Positions 1 through 8,444 of a stretch of DNA of 51,699 bases are shown here, in pieces. The DNA comes from Nocardioidaceae bacterium (GTDB lineage Bacteria > Actinomycetota > Actinomycetes > Propionibacteriales > Nocardioidaceae). Position 1 is the first letter of the stretch; each line of letters starts with the position of its first letter. Made by a program: the position numbers and the translations under genes. The notes beneath the pieces were generated by a model, which made no database searches, had not been told where the DNA came from, and saw only the letters and a list, made by a program, of their open reading frames with translations. The stretch is taken from assembly GCA_013697585.1 (NCBI GenBank), contig JACCWP010000026.1:1-51699 (forward strand). The letters are read 5' to 3'.

Positions 1-532
1 AGGGTTCGGCGAAGCACAGGTTGAGATGGACCGGACCTGGGTCTGCCGACAGTGCACCGGTCGCCGCCGCCACTGCCCGAGACACCAGCGCGCGCCACGC
101 CTGCGGTGCCGCCGGGTCACCGGCCGGTACGTCGGCCTGGAGTCGCACAGCCCCGCCGAACAGCCGAGCCTGGTCGGTGGTCTGGTTCGCGCCCGTGTCA
201 CGCAGCGCGGCCGGTCGATCGGCGGACAGCACCACGACGGGCACCCCGCTGTGGTGGGCCTCCAGCACCGCTGGGTGCAGGTGGGCGACGGCACTGCCCG
301 ACGTCGTGACGACCGGAACGGGCGTCCTGGACCCCCGCGCGAGCCCGAGGGCGAGGAAGCCCGCCGTACGCTCGTCGACGCGCACGTGCAGGCGCAACCG
401 TCCGGACGAGTCGGCGGCGTGCAACGCGAGCGCCAGCGGTGCGGAGCGGGAACCCGGGGCGGCCACCGCCTCTCGCACCCCGTGCCGGATCAGCTCGTCG
501 ATCACCAGCCGCGCCAGCTGGGTGGAGTTCAC
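1..532 (-). CDS. menD: 2-succinyl-5-enolpyruvyl-6-hydroxy-3-cyclohexene-1-carboxylate (SEPHCHC) synthase MenD, N-terminal part (runs off left edge)
   Basis: Not in the ORF track because no stop lies in the window. My reverse-strand translation from GTG at 532 reads VNSTQLARLVIDELIRHGVREAVAAPGSRSAPLALALH...VVTTSGSAVAHLHPAVLEAHHSGVPVVVLSADRPAALRDTGANQT. This is the typical MenD ThDP-enzyme N-terminus. A GTGA overlap joins it to the menC stop (529-531). Confidence 0.85.
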   Translation of the reverse strand, partial: MNSTQLARLVIDELIRHGVREAVAAPGSRSAPLALALHAADSSGRLRLHVRVDERTAGFLALGLARGSRTPVPVVTTSGSAVAHLHPAVLEAHHSGVPVVVLSADRPAALRDTGANQTTDQARLFGGAVRLQADVPAGDPAAPQAWRALVSRAVAAATGALSADPGPVHLNLCFAEP

Positions 533-1533
533 GGCCGGCTCCGCTCGGCCCGCGGCTGCGTCTCGGCCGTGCGCGCCGCGCCAGCCCGGTCGGCCCAGCG
601 ACGGGTGGTGGCGGTGTCGGCCCCGACGGCGCCGAGCGCCGCCGCGTCGGGCGCCACCCGGCGCACCGCGAGCATGCCGTCGACCGGCGCCAGCGGCGCC
701 GCGGTGACATCGCGGCTGAACATGACGGCTGTGCCGAGGCCGCATGCAAATGGCAGCTCGGGCAGTGCGGCGGCCAGGGCCACACCGGCCGCGAGCCCGA
801 CCGACGACTCCAGCGCCGACGAGACGACGACCGGCAGCCCGATCCGGTCGGCGATGACGAGGCAGGTCGCCACACCGCCGAGCGGAGCGACCTTGAGCAC
901 CGCGATGTCAGCGGCGTCCAGGGCAGCCACCCGGTACGGGTCGTCCGCACGCCGGATCGACTCGTCGGCGGCGATCGGCACGCCGACGCGGCGGCGCACG
1001 GCCGCCAGCTCCTCGACGGACGCGCACGGCTGCTCGACGTACTCCAGTCCGTGCGCCGCGGCCTCGAGCCGCCGGATCGCGGGCACGGCGGTGTCGACGT
1101 CCCAGCCGCCGTTGGCGTCCACCCGGATCCGCCCGGTGGGCCCGAGCGCGTCACGCACCGCCTCGACCCGGACCACGTCGTCGTCGATCGACTGGCCGGG
1201 CTCGGCCACCTTGACCTTGGCGGTGCGGCAGCCGTGCGGAGCAGCGACGATCGCGGCGGCATGTTCTGGTCCGACGGCGGGCACCGTGCAGTTGACCGGC
1301 ACGGCGGAACGTATCGGGGCGGGCCAGCCGGTCTCGGCGGCCTCGACCGCCGCCAGCCACCAGGGTCGCGCCGCGTCCGAGTCATAGCCGTCGAACGGGC
1401 AGAAGTCCCCCCACCCGGCCGGACCCTCGATCAGCAGCCCCTCACGGATGGTGATGCCGCGGAACCGGTGGCGCATCGGCAGGGCGTAGACGTGCACAGT
1501 GGCGGCAGCGTACGGGCCGCAGAGTCGCCGCAC
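529..1533 (-). CDS. menC: o-succinylbenzoate synthase (enolase superfamily)
   Basis: 334-aa ORF with HVYALPMRHRFRGIT, KVKVAEPGQ, RVDANGGW and EYVEQP motifs. It sits directly upstream of and overlapping menD. The start is uncertain (longest ORF given). Confidence 0.9.
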   Translation of the reverse strand: MRRLCGPYAAATVHVYALPMRHRFRGITIREGLLIEGPAGWGDFCPFDGYDSDAARPWWLAAVEAAETGWPAPIRSAVPVNCTVPAVGPEHAAAIVAAPHGCRTAKVKVAEPGQSIDDDVVRVEAVRDALGPTGRIRVDANGGWDVDTAVPAIRRLEAAAHGLEYVEQPCASVEELAAVRRRVGVPIAADESIRRADDPYRVAALDAADIAVLKVAPLGGVATCLVIADRIGLPVVVSSALESSVGLAAGVALAAALPELPFACGLGTAVMFSRDVTAAPLAPVDGMLAVRRVAPDAAALGAVGADTATTRRWADRAGAARTAETQPRAERSRP

Positions 1534-1538
1534 CTCAC

Positions 1539-4500
1539 TCAGTCGGGAAGCAGGCCGCGCCGACGGGCGATCGCAACGGCCTCGGTCCGTCCCCCGGCGG
1601 TGAGCTTGGTCAAGATGTTCGACACGTGGACGCTCACGGTCTTGGCGCTGATGTAGAGTTGCTGGGCCACCTCGCGGTTGCTGCGCCCCTGTGCCACGAG
1701 GGCGAGCACCTCACGCTCGCGGGGGGTGAGTGCGTCGTCGGGGCCTCGCGCCGGCTCGCGTGGGGGCGGGTCGTGGCCGAGGCTGCGCAGCTGCGCCAGC
1801 AGTGGCTGCGCGCCGAGGCGCCTTGCCGTCTGGCGAGCGACGTCGGCCAGGTCACGGGACTGGGGCTGGTCTCCGACCGCTCGCAGCACCGTCGCCAGCC
1901 GCCCCTGCGAGCGAGCCAGCTCGAAGGTGTGCGGGTAGCGCTCGAAGCCGGCGACGGCGTCGCGCCAGGCGCGTACGAGCACATCCTCGTCGGGGGCGGC
2001 GATGCCGGTGAGCCAACACAGCCGCAGGTGCTCTGCCCGCGAGCGGGCCAGCCAGGCATCACCCTCCGGGCCGCGAGGCCGACCACGCTTCACCAGCCGC
2101 TGCGCAGCCCTCGTGGCCGACTCGGCCAGCTCGTCACCGCGAACGGCCAGCGCGGTGCGCTCGCTTACTGCGGCCCGCGAGGTGTGGTTCGCGAGCTGAC
2201 CGAGCAGCAGCGCGCTGAGCCGTGTGCGCGCTTGGAAGTCGGGCTGTCCCCACAGCCTCGACACGCAGTCGACGGCATCGCAGTAGATCTCGGTGGCGGC
2301 AGCGATGTCTCCCGCATCGCCGTGCAGGTCGATCGCCGGACCTGTCGCCAGCACTGCGAGCATGCCGTCGCGCTCCCACCAGGGGCGCAGCTGCGCCAAC
2401 AGACCTCGCGCGGCCGCCTCCCCGCGGCCGGCCGGGACGGACAGACCCACCGCCGACAGCAGCGCCTCGGCGATGCCCGGCGGCAGCTGGCCCGCCACGT
2501 CGACGATTCGCATCGCGCCGTCCCAGTCGCCGCGCTGGTAGGCGACCAGCCCGGCGAGCATGCGGGCGTCGAGCCCGTAGGGCGACCATGGCATGCCGAG
2601 TGCCCGTGCACGCGCCGCGCCTGCGCTGTAGACATCGAAGGCCTCGTCGAGCCGACCCTGCTCGAGGTGCAGAGTCCCGAGCAGGCTGAGCCCGCGCAGC
2701 TCGGCCGGGTCGTTGCCGGCGCGCGCCTCGGTGATGACTCGTTCGAGGGATGCCCGAGACCTCTCCGGGTGGCCCGCGTGCTCCTGCAGGCGAGCGAGCG
2801 TGGCGGAGGTGTCGGCGACCACGCCCGGCAGCCGGAGGGACCGCGCCAGAGCCAGCGCCTCCTCGGCCCGCTGGGTTGCCTCCTCGTCACGCATCCGGGC
2901 GGCCAGCGCCCGGGCATGCAGACTGAGCAGCCGGCCGCGCAGCGCACTCGGTGGGTCGGCGGGCACCAGCTCTACGGCCTCCGTCGTCGTCGCGAGCGGG
3001 TCGACGCTGACGCTGTCGGTGACCATGGCAGCCAACGCGAGTGCATAGAGCAGCTGTGCTCGCTCGACCGGCGAGGCGTCGGTCGATCCGCGCGCCAACC
3101 GGTCCTGGACGAGGGCGATCGCCTGATCCGAGTGACCTGCGGCGGTGGCCGCCGCGCTGGCCTTGACTGTCAGGTCGACCACGTCGACCGGCTGGCCTGG
3201 CTGGTCGCCGCTCTGGCGGGCAGCGATGGCGTCGATGAGCTCGAGGGCCAGGCGGTAGTGGCTGAGCGACTCGTCCGGACCACCCAGCGACGATGCCTCG
3301 TCCCCGGCCAGGACGCTGGCCTGCAGCGCGGTTGCCGGGTCGTGGGCTGCCCGTGCGTGCCGGGCCAGCTCGGCAGCCGAGCCTGGCGCGTCGCGGTTGC
3401 TCAGAGCGCGTACGAAGGCTGCGTGCACGCGCACCCGCTCGCCGGGCAACAGGTCGTCATAGACGGCCTCGCCAAGCATCGCGTGGCGAAACGCATAGCT
3501 GTCTGCGCCTGCCGGCACCAGGACGTTGCCCTCGACGGCGGCGCGCACACCGGCCTCCAGCTCGGCGTCGCTCACACCGGCGACCTGGACGAGCAGGTCG
3601 TGGGTGATGCCGCGGCCCGCGGCCGAGGCGACCCTGACGACCTGCCGAGCGCTGTCGTCGAGCTGGTCGACCCGGACCAGCAGCAGGCCGGCGAGGTCGC
3701 GCGGCACCGCGCCTCCCACCAGCGCGGTCGCGGCGACCAGCTCCTCGGCAAAGAAGGCGTTGCCTTCAGCCCGGTCGACGACTGCGTGCACCTCGCTCTC
3801 GCGCCAGGGGCTGGGGTGCAGGGTCCTGACCAGGTCGCGCACCTCGCGGTCAGGCAGGGGCCCGAGGTCGACCCGCTGCACGCCGGGGAGCCGCGCCCAC
3901 TGGGCAGCCGTCGCGCGCAGCGGGTGGCGGCGGTGCAGGTCGTCACTGCGATAGGACGCCACCACCGACACGGGTCCAGCGAAACCCCGCGTGAACCAGA
4001 ACGTCAGGAGGTCGCGGGTCGACTGGTCGGCCCAGTGCACGTCCTCGACCACGACGAGCAGGGACGCCTCCACGGCGATGGCCTCGAGGCCGGCATGGAT
4101 CGCCGCGAACAGCTCGCCGCGATCGGCTTGGTGCGTCGACTCGCCGGTGGCGGGCCGGTGCGCTGGCATCACCCGCAGCAGCGGTGGGAAGGCTGCGGCG
4201 ACCCGGTCCGCCAGCTCGGGTGCCTCCGCGTCGAGCCTGGCGAACAGCTCGGTGACCGGCAGGTAGGGCGGTGCCGTGTCACCGAAGTCGAGACAGTGCC
4301 CGACGAGCACCCGCCAGCCGGACTCGGCGGCCCGCGCTCGTACGGCGGCGAGCAGCCTGGTCTTGCCGATCCCGGCCTCGCCGGACAGCAGCACCGATCG
4401 ACGGACCGGATCGGCGAGGCGCTCGGCAGCCGCCGTGCCGGGCGCGGGATCGCGTCCGTCGCCGCCGGGCAGACCGGCGAGCCGGGCCAACCTGGCCAGC

Positions 4501-4562
4501 TCGTCGGCCCGCCCGACCAGTCGCGTGCGGGTGGGCAGGTCGAGCGGCACGCGGATCATCAT
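1539..4562 (-). CDS. Large ATP-binding LuxR-family (LAL/MalT-like) transcriptional regulator
   Basis: 1007 aa. It has an N-terminal P-loop (LLSGEAGIGKTRLL), a long helical/TPR-like middle, and a C-terminal LuxR/GerE HTH (LTPREREVLALVAQGRSNREVAQQLYISAKTVSVHVSNILTKL). ATGATG start at 4562/4559. Only 5 nt separate its stop from the menC start. Confidence 0.9.
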   Translation of the reverse strand: MMIRVPLDLPTRTRLVGRADELARLARLAGLPGGDGRDPAPGTAAAERLADPVRRSVLLSGEAGIGKTRLLAAVRARAAESGWRVLVGHCLDFGDTAPPYLPVTELFARLDAEAPELADRVAAAFPPLLRVMPAHRPATGESTHQADRGELFAAIHAGLEAIAVEASLLVVVEDVHWADQSTRDLLTFWFTRGFAGPVSVVASYRSDDLHRRHPLRATAAQWARLPGVQRVDLGPLPDREVRDLVRTLHPSPWRESEVHAVVDRAEGNAFFAEELVAATALVGGAVPRDLAGLLLVRVDQLDDSARQVVRVASAAGRGITHDLLVQVAGVSDAELEAGVRAAVEGNVLVPAGADSYAFRHAMLGEAVYDDLLPGERVRVHAAFVRALSNRDAPGSAAELARHARAAHDPATALQASVLAGDEASSLGGPDESLSHYRLALELIDAIAARQSGDQPGQPVDVVDLTVKASAAATAAGHSDQAIALVQDRLARGSTDASPVERAQLLYALALAAMVTDSVSVDPLATTTEAVELVPADPPSALRGRLLSLHARALAARMRDEEATQRAEEALALARSLRLPGVVADTSATLARLQEHAGHPERSRASLERVITEARAGNDPAELRGLSLLGTLHLEQGRLDEAFDVYSAGAARARALGMPWSPYGLDARMLAGLVAYQRGDWDGAMRIVDVAGQLPPGIAEALLSAVGLSVPAGRGEAAARGLLAQLRPWWERDGMLAVLATGPAIDLHGDAGDIAAATEIYCDAVDCVSRLWGQPDFQARTRLSALLLGQLANHTSRAAVSERTALAVRGDELAESATRAAQRLVKRGRPRGPEGDAWLARSRAEHLRLCWLTGIAAPDEDVLVRAWRDAVAGFERYPHTFELARSQGRLATVLRAVGDQPQSRDLADVARQTARRLGAQPLLAQLRSLGHDPPPREPARGPDDALTPREREVLALVAQGRSNREVAQQLYISAKTVSVHVSNILTKLTAGGRTEAVAIARRRGLLPD

Positions 4563-4603
4563 GTCCGACGGCGCCGACGGCTCGGCGCTGTCGGTGACCG
4601 CGC

Positions 4604-4768
4604 TCAGTGGGTCACGACGCCACGGTGGACGATCCGGCGCACGGGCGCCGCGAACGCCTGCAAGGGCCGCCGCCGGCGGCGGACTGGGCCGGCCGCCCCC
4701 CGATCGGCGATCAGGCGCTCGCGACGGTAGGCCAGCTCAGCGGACAGGAACGGCTCGCTCATGGACAT
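4604..4768 (-). CDS. Small Arg-rich hypothetical protein (54 aa)
   Basis: AGGAG (4776-4780, reverse strand) lies 7 nt before ATG at 4768. The product is MSMSEPFLSAELAYRRERLIADRGAAGPVRRRRRPLQAFAAPVRRIVHRGVVTH. Third codon positions are GC-rich like neighbouring genes. I recognise no family. The ORF track shows a longer 77-aa version. Confidence 0.4.
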   Translation of the reverse strand: MSMSEPFLSAELAYRRERLIADRGAAGPVRRRRRPLQAFAAPVRRIVHRGVVTH

Positions 4769-4853
4769 CTCGGGTCTCCTTGCACGGATCGTCTGGTGTT
4801 CGACGTGATCCAGGCTGTCCGGCTGAGGACCCTGCACACATGGGGAGAACGTC

Positions 4854-5930
4854 CTATCTCTGGTTCGGCGCCCCCTCAGATGCGAGCCGGCTCAGACTCA
4901 GCCGGTCGAGCTTGTGTCCGGCCAGTCGAGGCAGCGCATCGACGACGACGAGCTCGCGGGGTGCCCAGCTGCGGGGGACGGTGGAGGCAACGTGGTCGCG
5001 CAGCTCGGCGAGCGTCGCCGCCGCGCCGCGGGGGACCACGACGGCGACGACCCGCTGTCCCCACTCGCGGTCGTCGACCGCGACAGCCGCCGCCTCGGCG
5101 ACCGTCGGGTGCGTACGGATGGCACCCTCGACGGTGGTCAGGTGCACCGACACGCCGCCGCTGAGCACCATGTCGTCTGCGCGGCCGGTCACGACCAGCC
5201 TCCCCTCGTCGTCGAGCCGGCCAAGGTCGCGGGTGCACAACCACCCTTCCCGCAGCACCGCAGCGGTTGCTGCCTCGTCGCCCGCGTAGCCGTCGAAGAG
5301 CATCGGCCCGGCCAGGTGGATGCGCCCATCGGCCGCGACCCGCACCGCCACGCCGTCGAGCCCCAGGCCGTCGTAGACGCAGCCGCCGCTGGTCTCGGTC
5401 ATCCCATACGTCGTGACGACGCGCACCCCCGCAGCCCGTGCCCGGTCGAGCAGGCTCAGCTCGGTCGGCGCGCCCCCGACGAGCACAGCATCGAAGCCCG
5501 CCAGCGAGCCGAGCGTCCCGGCCCGGTCGTGTCGGTACAGCTGGGTAGGCACCAGCGAGGTGTATGCACGCGTCCCCCTGGCGAACCCCGCGCGCTCCTC
5601 GGACCGTGCGCCGACCACGACTGGTTCGGTGCCCCCCAGCAGCGAACGAACCAGCACCTGGAGCCCCGCCACCGTGGCAACCGGCAGGTCGAGCACCCAC
5701 CGCCCTGCCCCGCCCAGCCGGTCTAGGCTTGCCGACGCCGACGCCGACAGCGCAGCGTGCGACAAGGCGACGTCCTTGGGCGCGCCGGAGGAACCGGACG
5801 TGCGCACCACGACCGGGCCGTCGGGGTCGTCCCACCAGGTGCGCAAGGCAGCCCAGACCTCGGCGTACGTCCCGGTCACCGGTCGCAGCGGGTGCAGACC
5901 CGACGCGGGAACGGACACGCGAGAGGGCAC
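4854..5930 (-). CDS. menE: o-succinylbenzoate--CoA ligase (short actinobacterial MenE type)
   Basis: 358 aa. AMP-binding motifs TSGSSGAPKDV and TTYGMTETSGG are present. It lies divergent from menA. The GTG start is uncertain. Confidence 0.85.
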   Translation of the reverse strand: MPSRVSVPASGLHPLRPVTGTYAEVWAALRTWWDDPDGPVVVRTSGSSGAPKDVALSHAALSASASASLDRLGGAGRWVLDLPVATVAGLQVLVRSLLGGTEPVVVGARSEERAGFARGTRAYTSLVPTQLYRHDRAGTLGSLAGFDAVLVGGAPTELSLLDRARAAGVRVVTTYGMTETSGGCVYDGLGLDGVAVRVAADGRIHLAGPMLFDGYAGDEAATAAVLREGWLCTRDLGRLDDEGRLVVTGRADDMVLSGGVSVHLTTVEGAIRTHPTVAEAAAVAVDDREWGQRVVAVVVPRGAAATLAELRDHVASTVPRSWAPRELVVVDALPRLAGHKLDRLSLSRLASEGAPNQR

Positions 5931-5969
5931 GACGCTCAGGCTAGGCCGTGACTGGGAGGATCCCGTCTC

Positions 5970-6842
5970 GTGGTGTCGGTGCGCGACTGGGTCGACGGGG
6001 CTCGGCCGCGTACCCTCCCGGCCGCGGTCGCCCCCGTTGCTGCCGGGACGGGTGCCGCTGCCTACGACGACGGAGTCGTCTGGTGGAAGGCTCTGCTCGC
6101 CCTGGTGGTGGCACTGGCGCTGCAGGTGGGCGTCAACTTCGCCAACGACTACTCAGACGGGGTGCGAGGCACCGATGCCGACCGGGTCGGCCCACGACGT
6201 CTGGTCGGCTCGGGCTCGGTTGCGCCGGCAGTGGTGCGGACTGCGGCGCTCGGCGGGTTCGCGGTGGGTGCACTGGCCGGCCTGGTGCTCGCCGCGACCA
6301 GCGGCTGGTGGCTGCTCGGGGTGGGGGCTGCCGCGATCGCCGCAGCGTGGTTCTACACCGGCGGATCACGTCCCTACGGCTACCACGGGCTCGGTGAGGT
6401 CACCTGCTTTGTCTTCTTCGGCCTGGTGGCGGTCTGCGGCACGACGTACGTCCAGCTCGGCCAGGTGACGGTTCCGAGCCTGCTCGCAGCGATCGGCGCC
6501 GGTGCGCTGGCCTGTGTGCTGCTGGTGGCCAACAACCTGCGCGACATCCCGACGGACCGGGTCGCCGGCAAGCGCACGCTGGCCGTCCTGCTCGACGACC
6601 GCGGCACCCGCGGCCTCTTTGTCGCTCTGATGCTGGTCGCCGTGGCCGTCCCCGTGCTGCTCGCGGGCACGACGTCGTGGGTGCTGCTGGCCGCGCTGGC
6701 GCTGCCGGTGATCGTCCGCGCGTCCCGACCCGTGCTCGCGGGCGCCGCCGGCTCCGCACTGATCCCGGTGCTGCGCGACTCGGCTCTGGCCCAGCTGGTG
6801 TGGGCCCTCGGCCTGGGCTTGGGGCTGGCGCTCGGCGGCTGA
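5970..6842 (+). CDS. menA: 1,4-dihydroxy-2-naphthoate polyprenyltransferase
   Basis: 290 aa polytopic membrane protein with the UbiA-family motif NFANDYSDGVRGTD. GGGAGGA lies 9-12 nt upstream of GTG 5970/5973. Confidence 0.9.
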   Translation: MVSVRDWVDGARPRTLPAAVAPVAAGTGAAAYDDGVVWWKALLALVVALALQVGVNFANDYSDGVRGTDADRVGPRRLVGSGSVAPAVVRTAALGGFAVGALAGLVLAATSGWWLLGVGAAAIAAAWFYTGGSRPYGYHGLGEVTCFVFFGLVAVCGTTYVQLGQVTVPSLLAAIGAGALACVLLVANNLRDIPTDRVAGKRTLAVLLDDRGTRGLFVALMLVAVAVPVLLAGTTSWVLLAALALPVIVRASRPVLAGAAGSALIPVLRDSALAQLVWALGLGLGLALGG

Positions 6843-6846
6843 CCCC

Positions 6847-6858
6847 CTAGCTAGCTAG
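6847..6858. repeat. (CTAG)x3 self-complementary 12-mer between convergent menA and DUF4229 genes
   Basis: The sequence ctagctagctag places TAG in all three frames on both strands. One of these TAGs (6855-6857) is the DUF4229 stop. The menA TGA lies at 6840-6842. Confidence 0.9.
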
Positions 6859-7118
6859 TGGTCCTCGGCCCGCCTGGCGTCGTCGAACTGGCTCCGCAAC
6901 CGACGAGCACGGGCGTCGATGTCATGGGCGAGCGCGTCGCGCAGCCCGCCAAGCAGCCAGTACGACACCACAGCCGACACGACCAGCGCCACCAGTGCGG
7001 TCCAGAGCACCGTCAGCTGGTCCCAGGTGAGCCAGGCGAAGGCGACCGCCCAGACCAGCCCGAACGCAACGACGAAGATGCCCAGCCGAGCCACCGAGTA
7101 GAGCGCGAAGGTCCTCAC
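6855..7118 (-). CDS. DUF4229-like small membrane protein
   Basis: 87 aa with two TM helices (LGIFVVAFGLVWAVAFAWL and VLWTALVALVVSAVVSYWLL) followed by a charged tail. It sits at the position next to menA typical for this family in actinobacteria (recalled). Confidence 0.7.
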   Translation of the reverse strand: MRTFALYSVARLGIFVVAFGLVWAVAFAWLTWDQLTVLWTALVALVVSAVVSYWLLGGLRDALAHDIDARARRLRSQFDDARRAEDH

Positions 7119-8062
7119 TGCGAGCCCAGCAGCTCACTCAGCAGCGCTGGGTCGATGTTGCCACCGGAGACGACGACGACCGTGCGGCCCCGGGCGAGCC
7201 CGCTGTGCTCGCGCAGCGCGGCCAGTGGCACGGCCCCGCTCGGCTCGACCACCAACCGGGAGCGCGAGACCAGCTCGCGGGTCGCGGCGAGGATCGCGTC
7301 CTCGGAGACCGTGACGATGTCGTCGACGTGCTGCTGGATCAGCGGCCAGCTCAGCTGGCCCAGTGCCGGGACCCGCAGGCCGTCGGCACGGGTGCGGGTG
7401 GTGGAGGCGCTGTCCCAGGCGGTCAGCACGCCGGTTCGGAAGCTGTCGGCGGCGTCGCCGGCCAGCGCGGGCTCGCAGCCGATCACGCGGGCGTGCGGGG
7501 CGAGCGCCTTGACAGCGACGGCGACACCGGCGATCAGACCGCCCCCACCGACGGGCACCAGCACGGTCTCGACGTCGGACAGGTCGGCGCAGATCTCGAG
7601 GCCTACCGTGCCCTGGCCGGCGATCACGTCGGAGTGGTCGAAGGGCGGCACCTCGACGGCACCGGTGCTGGTCGCGATCTCGGCAGACGTGGTCACCCGG
7701 TCCTGCATCGGCACCGGTACCAGCTCGGCCCCCGCGGCGCGAATGGCGTCGACCTTGAGCGGGTTGGCGCCGAGCGGCACGACGATCGTGGCCGGCACAC
7801 CCGCTGCGCGGGCGGCGTGCGCCAACGCCCAGCCATGGTTGCCGGACGAGTGAGTCACCACACCGCGCGCACGCTCGCCGGCGTCGAGGCGAGCCACGGC
7901 GTTCGTGGCGCCGCGGAGCTTGAACGCGCCGGTCGGCTGCAGGCACTCGGGCTTGAGCCACAGCGGGCCTGCGTCAGCCCACGGCGCCGGCAGCAGCGGC
8001 GTGCACACGCATCGGCCCGCGATCCGCTCGGCCGCGGCCCGTACGTCATCGAAGCTCACCAC
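7115..8062 (-). CDS. PLP-dependent threonine/serine dehydratase (no ACT regulatory domain)
   Basis: 315 aa with PTGAFKLRGA (PLP lysine), HSSGNHG and a GGGGLIAG glycine loop. Confidence 0.85.
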   Translation of the reverse strand: MVSFDDVRAAAERIAGRCVCTPLLPAPWADAGPLWLKPECLQPTGAFKLRGATNAVARLDAGERARGVVTHSSGNHGWALAHAARAAGVPATIVVPLGANPLKVDAIRAAGAELVPVPMQDRVTTSAEIATSTGAVEVPPFDHSDVIAGQGTVGLEICADLSDVETVLVPVGGGGLIAGVAVAVKALAPHARVIGCEPALAGDAADSFRTGVLTAWDSASTTRTRADGLRVPALGQLSWPLIQQHVDDIVTVSEDAILAATRELVSRSRLVVEPSGAVPLAALREHSGLARGRTVVVVSGGNIDPALLSELLGSQ

Positions 8063-8120
8063 GTCGTCAGCGTGCCAGAACGATCGACGCGCCTGCGTCG
8101 CGGTGGCGACCTACGCTGGA

Positions 8121-8435
8121 GTGGTGCTGAAGGCGCTGGCGGTCGTGGTCGCGGTGGGACTCACCGTCTATTGCCTGTTCGACGTGCGCAGCAGCGCCAG
8201 CCACCTGGTGCGCCAGCTGCCTCGGGCCATGTGGTTCGTGGTCGTGCTGGTGCCGGTGGCAGGCCCGCTCGCCTGGCTGATGGTCGGCCGCCCGCAGCGC
8301 CGCCGGCCCGGGCCGACCCCGAAACCGGGACGGGTCGTCGGGCCCGATGACGACCCCGACTTCCTGTGGGAGATCGAGCGACGTCGCCGGCGCCGGCCGC
8401 CGGGCGGTGACGACCCACACCCGCGCGCCGGTTGA
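8121..8435 (+). CDS. PLD-nuclease N-terminal (PLDc_N) domain small membrane protein
   Basis: In-frame GTG at 8121 lies after TGGAG. The sequence VVLKALAVVVAVGLTVYCLFDVRSSASHLVRQLPRAMWFVVVLVPVAGPLAWLMVGRP...GPDDDPDFL matches my memory of this family. The ORF-track version (7905) is over-extended into the divergent dehydratase. Confidence 0.7.
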   Translation: MVLKALAVVVAVGLTVYCLFDVRSSASHLVRQLPRAMWFVVVLVPVAGPLAWLMVGRPQRRRPGPTPKPGRVVGPDDDPDFLWEIERRRRRRPPGGDDPHPRAG

Positions 8436-8444
8436 CCCTAGGCC

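Noticed and set aside
1626-4730. 1034-aa ORF on the + strand
   Set aside because: It lies entirely antisense to the LAL regulator gene. Its Arg/Gly/Pro-rich, low-complexity translation has no recognisable motifs. This is the typical shadow ORF of very GC-rich DNA.
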